DNA of 63,314 nt, the filler included. It is 4 parts of 4 records of this genome, joined end to end, with 100 filler letters (N's around TTAATTAATTAA, not from the genome) between each part and the next. Parts side by side here need not be neighbours in the genome. Positions count along the whole stretch, not along the records: positions 1 to 14,380 come from SRR33789315_44; 3 more parts are not named here. The stretch is one strand, 5' to 3'. Numbering within the stretch: position 1 is the first letter of the stretch; each line of letters opens with the position of its first letter. The notes beneath the pieces are model-generated. The model searched no databases. It was not told the origin of the DNA and saw only the letters and a program-made list of their open reading frames with translations. Positions 1-7,468 of the stretch are shown here, one piece after another. A program made the translations under genes and the position numbers.

Positions 1-48
1 TGCAGGGTGTTGTGGGGGCTGGAGGCTAGATACCTCCGGCTACCCGAT
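1..48 (+). mobile_element. 3' end (end of domain V plus domain VI) of a group IIC intron, attC-targeting type; the rest lies left of the window
   Basis: GGGTGTTGTGGGGGCTGGAGG-ctagata-CCTCCGGCT-A-CCCGAT forms a DVI hairpin with a bulged A at 42 and an AT 3' terminus. The 3' exon starts TATGT, i.e. a split ACATA|AC attC R'' box on the minus strand. Confidence 0.75.
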
Positions 49-61
49 TATGTGTGTACTA

Positions 62-826
62 TTAAGCAATGTAGATTTGTCCTTCTTTATGCTTATTGTT
101 CACTTTTTTTTCTCTTTCATTAAAGCTTGAAATAAATACTAATAATTCTTCAGCAAAACCTGTTGTTGTACGTCCTAGATATAAATCTTGTGTATCATCT
201 AACTTACACAACATCATTCTACTAACATTATCCGTATTTATTAATCCGTTTCCTTTTAAGTCTCCCCAAATAAAATCAATATAATCGTCATCTTCAGATA
301 ATTCTGGAAAAGCTATTTTTATATACAATTTTAGATCTCGACCATTTTCTAAGGTAGTTTTATTTTTCTCAATAAACATATATGGGTTTGAATAAAAACT
401 TAATACTTTAATGTGCCAAGTAGAAAATTTTTCAATAAGATTAAAAAAAGATATTTCCTTCTCCTTATCACTGGTTAGTGCAGAGTGGACCAATGCATTT
501 TTCAACCACTTAACTTTTTCATCTTGCTTGAGCTTCATAGCTATAGGAGTTGCTAGCATCAAAGCGTCCATAAGATTTTCATTCTTTTTCAAATCATTTT
601 CTGAATAACCATTCTCCATGATTTCATTAATTGCCTCTGTTACTGCTAACATCCATGCTTCTTTTCTTTTCTCCATTGGAGACACAAAAAAATAATCAAA
701 ACACTCAATACTCATTCCACCAAAAACAGGTATTCCAGCTAAAACAAGCTTAGTAATCCGATGAATTTTATCTCCATTACTCTCACAAGGAGGGCTAATT
801 AAATTTTTATCAATCATAGTGCTCAC
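62..826 (-). CDS. Hypothetical protein, probable integron gene-cassette ORF (weak Abi-alpha/DUF4393-like appearance)
   Basis: 254-aa low-GC ORF. The stop is 8 nt from the split R'' box, and the start is preceded by the R'-like ATTATGC at 834-840 (minus). The family call is by eye only. Confidence 0.65.
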   Translation of the reverse strand: MSTMIDKNLISPPCESNGDKIHRITKLVLAGIPVFGGMSIECFDYFFVSPMEKRKEAWMLAVTEAINEIMENGYSENDLKKNENLMDALMLATPIAMKLKQDEKVKWLKNALVHSALTSDKEKEISFFNLIEKFSTWHIKVLSFYSNPYMFIEKNKTTLENGRDLKLYIKIAFPELSEDDDYIDFIWGDLKGNGLINTDNVSRMMLCKLDDTQDLYLGRTTTGFAEELLVFISSFNEREKKVNNKHKEGQIYIA

Positions 827-833
827 TTTAGGT

Positions 834-890
834 GCATAATATTTTATAGCACACGAATCGCGCGTATTTCTGCTTGTATAACGCTCATTT
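834..890 (-). other. Degenerate attC-like right half / cassette boundary
   Basis: The minus strand reads ...GCGTTATAcaagcagaaATACGCGCGATTCGTGTGCTATAAAATATTATGC. TTATGC is near-complementary to the cassette's ACATAAC R'' box. Confidence 0.4.
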
Positions 891-907
891 TTCTAATTAA
901 TATACTT

Positions 908-939
908 TTACCAAATTACCAAATTACCAAATTACCAAA
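908..939. repeat. Tandem repeat (TTACCAAA)x4
   Basis: Four exact 8-bp copies read directly. Confidence 0.95.
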
Positions 940-1075
940 GATATCACTATCTCTAGGTTTCTATTATCTTTAATCAAATCTAAATGGAACAATGTGCGCG
1001 CCTGGCCCATTTACTTGAATATGTGAGCAAACAACAATTTGACCACTGAACTAGCTATTATATTTAGTCAATATC

Positions 1076-1201
1076 AATGTCCGGTTATCGCTCATGCTAA
1101 TGGAAAAGGAGGCTACCATTCCATTAGCATGAGCGAATTGCCGCCATTGCTCTTCCTTACCCTCAAGGGCAAGTGCAGGGCAAGAGCGGCTATACGACAT
1201 T
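1076..1201. other. Multi-hairpin non-coding structured element
   Basis: Perfect 18-bp inverted repeat at 1088-1105/1119-1136. A second stem GCTCTT...AAGAGC contains an inner CCCT/AGGG hairpin. An outer AATGTC/GACATT stem closes the structure. Confidence 0.7.
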
Positions 1202-1319
1202 CAAAATTGTATAGGAAGAATGTATGTTTAGGTGTCGTTAATGTGGATTGATAAAGAGGTGATATAAAGGCTCCAACGACTCAGTCATAGAATAGAGTCG
1301 CGGATTGCCTTGTTTTTTG

Positions 1320-2573
1320 TTAAAGGGGGCGCCACTTTCCAGGTTCTTTCACAATTTTTAATTCGGGAATAAAGCATTTTGGAAAATCGGTGAGCTTGTC
1401 AACAACACACAAGTAAAACGCAGCTTTGAAAGTCTTAACCGCAAGAGGGAAGTTGCCCGAGAGGTAGGCTGTGATCCCTCCGACTAAGAATGCTTTAATT
1501 GCGCACTCCTTACCAACTGAAATAATGAGGCGCTCAACATCCACCTCAGCAACGATCATTAAATATAGCTCTTCTGTTGTCCAGCGCGTTTGAAGCTGAG
1601 GATATGAAATGGTAATTTTAACGCATCCAACTTTTATGCGTTTTGTTCGCCACTTAATTCTGAACTCGGGATAACCTATAATGGTGGCAAGTTTTTTATC
1701 CTCTTTAACCGTTAAATCGCTACAGGGGAGATCATCTTCAGACAATTCATTTATGGCCGCTTCATAACGTTCCTCTTGAGTTATTGGCGCTTTATATGTA
1801 TGTTCGGCAAGTTCAGGCAATGCAGGGATATTCGAAATATGTTGCACGCTGGAAAATACAATTCTAAGTTGCGTCTCGTCAGCCAATTCTCCAATCCGTC
1901 TCGTTTGTCGACCATCTTCCCCTATTACCCAGCTGTCTTGCCAGTATTCGTCTGCTTGACTTCTAGGTCGAAGAGATAAAAACCGATCTAGTCCAGATGT
2001 GACAGCGCGAAGTCTTGTTCTGCGAAGCACTATTTTCGGAACGACATTATATAGTTCGGCCGAAATGTTTTGGTCTTCTAAGGTTGCAATAATGCTACCA
2101 ACATTGGGGTTCTTTGCGTCAGCTAAATCAAACTGGCTAATAATTTCTTTCTCTTGCGCAGTGCTGGCCGTGTCTGAAATGAATAAATCACTAAATAGGG
2201 TACATTCTAGTTCATGCTGAATCGGGATGTCCATGGTGCTTACTGTGTATGATGCCGTGTCTTTGTATATTTTGTATGTTGCGCGTGCGCAAGTGTTTAA
2301 CACGAGGTTTTGATCTTCTACTGTTCTTTCCTCGTCACTGTCTGCGGGGTCACCTAGCACTTCTAAAAAGGCTCCGGCTTTGAGAGATTTTTTAAACACC
2401 ATCCTTGCATCTAGTTGAAATGCGGATTTTGGGTCTGAGGTCCACTCGGCATTCGAGTTGGCTATGCGAGTGTTAGGATAGCTTTTAAGCCACGTTAAGT
2501 CGGTTTCTTGTTTAAAATAATCAATGATATTTGGGTCATTGAGGTTAAGGTCTGCTTGTAAAATAACTGTCAT
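1320..2573 (-). CDS. Hypothetical protein (417 aa), transposon cargo
   Basis: Long ORF with a GGAGA RBS before the ATG at 2573. Acidic N-terminal two-thirds; basic, Cys-containing C-terminus with a hydrophobic hairpin. No family recognised. Confidence 0.8.
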   Translation of the reverse strand: MTVILQADLNLNDPNIIDYFKQETDLTWLKSYPNTRIANSNAEWTSDPKSAFQLDARMVFKKSLKAGAFLEVLGDPADSDEERTVEDQNLVLNTCARATYKIYKDTASYTVSTMDIPIQHELECTLFSDLFISDTASTAQEKEIISQFDLADAKNPNVGSIIATLEDQNISAELYNVVPKIVLRRTRLRAVTSGLDRFLSLRPRSQADEYWQDSWVIGEDGRQTRRIGELADETQLRIVFSSVQHISNIPALPELAEHTYKAPITQEERYEAAINELSEDDLPCSDLTVKEDKKLATIIGYPEFRIKWRTKRIKVGCVKITISYPQLQTRWTTEELYLMIVAEVDVERLIISVGKECAIKAFLVGGITAYLSGNFPLAVKTFKAAFYLCVVDKLTDFPKCFIPELKIVKEPGKWRPL

Positions 2574-2846
2574 ATGCACTTCTCCATTTGTGATTATAGT
2601 TATCAAATGAAAGTATATGCTATTCATAGTAAAGGTGGTTAATTTTTAATCACTTTATGCGTTTGGCAGGCAGTCTGGTTTGGTGTCTCCTACCACCCTA
2701 AAATGAGTGCGTTTATGCGCTTAGCCTCTGAAGGATGATAGAATGCACTGCCCTTAGCGGTTTTTCGACTGGTCGCTAAGACGTTTTGTTTGAAAATGAG
2801 AATTTTTTATGTTCGCTATCCGGTTGTAAATCGCCGTAAAACAACT

Positions 2847-3131
2847 CTATGCTGACGTCTCGCTCATTTCGGACTTACAGAGATCACGATAATGCCTGCT
2901 TAATTGTTGGTTCTGCCCTTTTTTGAGGTAGCCTGAAGCGCTACCGAGGGCTGAGACTATCCCACATTTAGGGCATAAAGCTGTCTGTTTATCATCAGTC
3001 CACGCTGAAATTTCTTCAGTTTTAAATGTACTTAAACAATTAAAGCACCCATATAAAGCGCTGTTCATTATCGCTTCTGTGTGGCGACTCGACATCTTAT
3101 GGGCTTTTTTGAGTTTAAATATACTGAACAT
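2847..3131 (-). CDS. Small zinc-ribbon protein (GCFxC ... TALCPxCG), C-terminus possibly altered
   Basis: Two CxxC pairs (GCFNC, CPKCG) and a GAGGAG RBS before the ATG at 3131. Confidence 0.65.
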   Translation of the reverse strand: MFSIFKLKKAHKMSSRHTEAIMNSALYGCFNCLSTFKTEEISAWTDDKQTALCPKCGIVSALGSASGYLKKGQNQQLSRHYRDLCKSEMSETSA

Positions 3132-3185
3132 TTTATTCTCCTCGTGCGACATTAGGACCAATGGCTCGCTGTGAAATAATTGTCA

Positions 3186-3389
3186 TCACTTGACCTCTCG
3201 CATTTTTTGATTAGCAAGCAGATTTGAAATCGCTTCTAGTATGATGGCGGCATCTGCGACATTGTTCGTTAATGCACCTTCATCACCGTAGAAGAAACTA
3301 ACATTGCCGTTTCGACCAATTACGCACGCGGCGAGAGCGTCGTCCAGGAGGGTTTGGCAAACCTTCGCGTTGTTATCATTCGTATTCAT
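3186..3389 (-). CDS. Small hypothetical protein (67 aa)
   Basis: AGGA RBS before the ATG at 3389; co-oriented directly downstream of hipA. Confidence 0.55.
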   Translation of the reverse strand: MNTNDNNAKVCQTLLDDALAACVIGRNGNVSFFYGDEGALTNNVADAAIILEAISNLLANQKMREVK

Positions 3390-3447
3390 TGTCTTTTCCT
3401 GTTGGGCTGAGAGATATGCACATAACTGCTTAAGCAATCTATTATTG

Positions 3448-4770
3448 TTAGAAAAGCGTGTGCTGAATTTCATCAAATAGCGCAACTTCATCAAGAAAAT
3501 GCGTGGTTCGCTTTTTGATAAGTTCTATCAATTGAACCAGGTAGCGGTTTTCCAGTCGCGAGAGTCTAGCGTCATGACAAAGTGATAACGAAGCTGAACT
3601 AATGCATGCCTTTGCGACATCCGACAGAACTTTTTTGAGTTGCTCTGGCGGTATATCTACCTCTTCGGCAAAGCACAGCAGATGAAACGCAGTGATAGCA
3701 TCAATATCAAATTCATCGCCAATAGCCATGGCCAGTGAAGTATCCAGTTGTGGGTCATCCATTGCTTCAAAGACAATCGAAACGAGGTCGTAAAATGGAG
3801 CCAAGTGAACACCGAATTGGTCGATGTAAAAGCTTATGTTTTTCGCGTGGGCATCGCTGTTACCGATAATAAGATTGAAGCTCACCCAGACTAATAGTTG
3901 ATATATGGCATCATCAGACTGGCAATGCTCCCGGACAAAATCGAAGAGCTGAGGCAGGTTTGCGCCGTCGCGACAATGTGCGACATCAGGATGTGAGCCG
4001 TAGATACGCTCATATTTGTGCTCTGGCGGCAAGTTCAGTGCCTGACAACCGTCAATGATGTGGCGTTTACTGACTGAGCCATCCTCGTGAATATCTCTAT
4101 CAAATCGCTTCACAAGCAATACTTGATATTGCCGTTCGTCACTCCTAAGCCTTTGCAATGTGGTTTTTGCAACAGGTAAACCAATCTTTTCCGCAAATCT
4201 CATACAGAACAGTTCATTGAGCACGAGATACGACCTTTTGGGCTCAAACTTCACTATGTGAGTGGTGGGGAGCGAGGTATTACCCAAATGGAATGTGCCA
4301 TCTTTTTTAACATGGACATTGAGCTTTTTCTGAACGCCTGCCACGCCAAGACGAAATTTGCCATTAAAGAGTACGACGTCGCTGCCCAAGGATAATCTTG
4401 ATGCGAGCTCTTGTTCGGACAACTCCTGCACATCTAACTCAATAGCCCTAGGGACTTCAAAATGTAAGATACCCGCAGTGTCTGAGGCAATATGCTTGAG
4501 AGGGCCGACAATGTCATTGCGTGAGAGATAAAACGAGTGGAGTAAAAACTCCAAACCAATTCCCTCCGGCAGTAAATTTTTGAGAAAACGCAAGGTGCTT
4601 TGGGTCTCAATACGCTCGCTGATTGGCAAATGTGGTGAGAGAGCATACCCGACCGCTGACCATGTTTTGTCATATTTAAATTCACAACTGACTGGAGAGA
4701 TGAAAGTAAGTGTGCCTACCCTCTGAGATTCAGCGTAGACGATATAGGTAATGGATTTTTTATAAGTCAT
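3448..4770 (-). CDS. hipA: HipA-family Ser/Thr kinase toxin (HipA N-terminal + HipA_C domains)
   Basis: Motifs FEYDxxW/LSPHLP-like, NLLPEG, GVAGVQKK, HIVKFE, NExFCM, GNSDAHAKNIS and LAPFYDL. Confidence 0.9.
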   Translation of the reverse strand: MTYKKSITYIVYAESQRVGTLTFISPVSCEFKYDKTWSAVGYALSPHLPISERIETQSTLRFLKNLLPEGIGLEFLLHSFYLSRNDIVGPLKHIASDTAGILHFEVPRAIELDVQELSEQELASRLSLGSDVVLFNGKFRLGVAGVQKKLNVHVKKDGTFHLGNTSLPTTHIVKFEPKRSYLVLNELFCMRFAEKIGLPVAKTTLQRLRSDERQYQVLLVKRFDRDIHEDGSVSKRHIIDGCQALNLPPEHKYERIYGSHPDVAHCRDGANLPQLFDFVREHCQSDDAIYQLLVWVSFNLIIGNSDAHAKNISFYIDQFGVHLAPFYDLVSIVFEAMDDPQLDTSLAMAIGDEFDIDAITAFHLLCFAEEVDIPPEQLKKVLSDVAKACISSASLSLCHDARLSRLENRYLVQLIELIKKRTTHFLDEVALFDEIQHTLF

Positions 4771-5050
4771 AAGGGGCTTGGCGCTCGAATGACGGTGTTA
4801 ACTCGATAGTTAACTTCAAGTTCGCTAGCGATATTCGCTTTAACATACCGTTCTTTCGTAACCCTTGAAGGCACGAAAAAGCCAATCACTTCTTCTACAT
4901 TCTCGCAAACGTTGTCTGAAAACTGGTCGCGCTCATCCGCCCAACGGCTGCATTTCGTTCTATGGAAAATGAGTTTTCGTCCTTTTGTTTTGTTCAAACT
5001 CAAAAGGCCACACATGAGGTTTAATATCGCAGACTTGCAGTAGACCATGA

Positions 5051-6025
5051 CTATGCTCCTTCTTCGCGAATAAGACGCCGTGTTAGCTCGTGTTCAGCTC
5101 CAAGGTATTCGAGCATCAATAAGATACTGACAGGTGGCACGGATGCGCTCCTGTAAGCCATCCAGACTAGATTAAGCAGCTTTTGGTTAGCTTTCAGTAC
5201 CGCTGGTTTATCCTGAAAATAGAGCGACAGCAGATTGTCATCGAGGCTGTTTGAAAAGCTAATGCGCATATTAGTCATTGTTTTACGCATTGACACAGAA
5301 GGGCGGGTGGGTAATGACGGATAACCAAGCCGCTCTCGCATCCTTTGCGTTATTTCATCAAGCGTTAGATTAGTTGATTTGGCTTGTAGTGCAGCACTCA
5401 CTGCTTCTAACCAGTGTGCTGTTGCTGGTAGATTTAAACCAAGTGATTGATACTCTTCCTTGCAAGACGGGCACGAAGTCTCTTCAGGTGGCAACCAAGA
5501 TGTATTAAAACTGGTAAAACGAAAGCCACAGGAAGTACACGTTGATAGTAAAGGGAAGCCGTGTCGGTAGCAGCGCAGCATCGTGGGTATTTGATGATAG
5601 GTATGCCAGTATGCGCCTCCGTAGCTCTTTGTATCTTCTGCCACGCAATCAGCACACCAACGCCAGTGATGTGCTGCTTTAAGGTGCTTTTGTAAGCCAG
5701 GCTGAACCTTTATGTTACTCATGGACAGTAACGTATCATCCGCAAATAATCGGTGTTCTGCGGCGGGTAAAAACGGGCGGTAGTAATTCAGGAGCGTATG
5801 TTCCTGAAGCAAAATATCGAAGGACATACTCTGCTCATAGTGCCGGGCAATTTCGCTATAAAGCGGCCGCCAAACCGCCATTGGCGTTATTGTGGATAGA
5901 TTCTGAAAATACGGTAAGCAAGTCCGCCGAAATTCTTTATGGCCTGATTGATTAAACCACCGTGCCAATGCACCTAATAGATGCTCATTGGGCAGTAGGT
6001 GTGGTAGCGCAATTTTAGCGTTCAT
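5051..6025 (-). CDS. tniQ: TniQ/TnsD-family target selector, short form (~324 aa)
   Basis: N-terminal LPxxLPNExLxGxLxR; zinc motifs WCADC, HQIP..CYRH, CTSC and CPSC; overlaps the tnsC stop. Likely start is the ATG at 6025. Confidence 0.9.
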   Translation of the reverse strand: MNAKIALPHLLPNEHLLGALARWFNQSGHKEFRRTCLPYFQNLSTITPMAVWRPLYSEIARHYEQSMSFDILLQEHTLLNYYRPFLPAAEHRLFADDTLLSMSNIKVQPGLQKHLKAAHHWRWCADCVAEDTKSYGGAYWHTYHQIPTMLRCYRHGFPLLSTCTSCGFRFTSFNTSWLPPEETSCPSCKEEYQSLGLNLPATAHWLEAVSAALQAKSTNLTLDEITQRMRERLGYPSLPTRPSVSMRKTMTNMRISFSNSLDDNLLSLYFQDKPAVLKANQKLLNLVWMAYRSASVPPVSILLMLEYLGAEHELTRRLIREEGA

Positions 6026-7463
6026 TGCTGAATTTATCTTTATCGATGAATTTTGGAATGAGTAACCCGAGTCCTTCAGTCGGGGCATCTGCTGACTTCA
6101 ACACTTTCGGTATAGGCGGCAGCTGTGCTTTATCCGCTTCATCAACGGCCTTTTTTTCGGCATTTGAGTACACGGCGATTTTGTCCTTATTATCTCTCAG
6201 TTTCTGCTCATATCGCGCTGTATTGCCTGCTCTTAATGCAATAAGTGCAGGCTCGATGAGATGAAACTGCGTTTTAAAAACGGTATTAAGTAGCTTAATG
6301 TCGTAAGTACAGTGATATTTTTCCTGTTTGGATGCCTGCTGGCGCATCGTTAGTAATGTTTCATGATGCTGGTGGGCAAGCCGGGTCATGATGGCGGGAA
6401 GGCCACAAGATAAGTGATGAAACGTCTTTTTAAACGCTTGATGCTCAGTTTGTTGTCCTTCGATGACGAGTCCTGGTGGGAAAAGCGCATCAAAGAATTT
6501 ACTGTAATACGCCGAATCCGGCAGATGTGTTTTGAGCTGAAACTCTCTGTCATTCAGCATACGTCGAACGGTCGTCATATCATGTCCCAGGCGCTCATCT
6601 CCTGCCTTTAAGGTATCGAATAATTCCACACCTTGGCGCGTTGAACTAAGAAGAATAGGGATACCTATTTTGTTAAAGAGCGCCTCCAAAATCTGCAAAC
6701 TTGGGCTGTCTTTGATTTTGTTGTAACCGAGCATAAATTGCAGCTCATCAATATGCACAAGGCCAATACTGTGATGCATAGTGATGTTTTGCATCACAGC
6801 CATCAGCTTATCGACAGAGTGCTTACCATTATCATCGGTCCATTTTTTGGCATAACTGTCATCGTAATCATTTTCTAGCGCTGTATCGACGGCACGAAGA
6901 AAGCTGTTTACCATGGCTTTTGGAGAGCCATTGGGGGGTAAATCAAAGGAAATCCACACTAACTGCTTTTTAGTGAGGTGCTTGGCGTTATAACGTTGAT
7001 GTTGGATTGCTTGCGGTATTTGCTGTAACACCCGACGAATAATAGTGGTTTTTCCCGTGCCGGATTCGCCAATCACAAGGGCTGTTGGTGCCGTTGTTAT
7101 CCCACTGACATCACTTGGGTTAAACTGACGACCATGGCGCATCGCTGAGGCTACTCTGTCTCCCATTTTGCGCATTTGGGCAGAGAAAGGATTACGTCTT
7201 ACATAACCAAACAAAATGAGGCTCATTACTTTAACATAGAGCCCCCAGGTTTGTGCTGCCGGGATGTGGATATCAGTGAGTTGCCGCAATTGTGTCATCT
7301 GATAGATAACCGGAAGCTCCCAAAAATTAGTCATAATATCGGCATGAACAGTCAATCGTTCCAGTAAAGCTGATTGACTCAATTCAATTTTGATCGCTTC
7401 TGTCAGCGGGTTGTCATTTAAGTTTTCGTCCATATGCGGCTGGTAATCTGCATCAATTGGCAT
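6015..7463 (-). CDS. tnsC: TnsC AAA+ ATPase transposition regulator
   Basis: N-terminal NPLTEAI, Walker A GESGTGKT, Walker B LVHIDE; lies between tnsB and tniQ. Confidence 0.92.
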   Translation of the reverse strand: MPIDADYQPHMDENLNDNPLTEAIKIELSQSALLERLTVHADIMTNFWELPVIYQMTQLRQLTDIHIPAAQTWGLYVKVMSLILFGYVRRNPFSAQMRKMGDRVASAMRHGRQFNPSDVSGITTAPTALVIGESGTGKTTIIRRVLQQIPQAIQHQRYNAKHLTKKQLVWISFDLPPNGSPKAMVNSFLRAVDTALENDYDDSYAKKWTDDNGKHSVDKLMAVMQNITMHHSIGLVHIDELQFMLGYNKIKDSPSLQILEALFNKIGIPILLSSTRQGVELFDTLKAGDERLGHDMTTVRRMLNDREFQLKTHLPDSAYYSKFFDALFPPGLVIEGQQTEHQAFKKTFHHLSCGLPAIMTRLAHQHHETLLTMRQQASKQEKYHCTYDIKLLNTVFKTQFHLIEPALIALRAGNTARYEQKLRDNKDKIAVYSNAEKKAVDEADKAQLPPIPKVLKSADAPTEGLGLLIPKFIDKDKFSNER

Positions 7464-7468
7464 ATCTG

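Noticed and set aside
1039-1251. 70-aa ORF over the hairpin element; retron msr-msd also considered
   Set aside because: TTG start with no RBS and no protein features. No retron-type RT is adjacent, so a retron is unsupported.
4767-5048. 93-aa ORF as HipB antitoxin
   Set aside because: No HTH/Xre signature and atypical composition; probably spurious.
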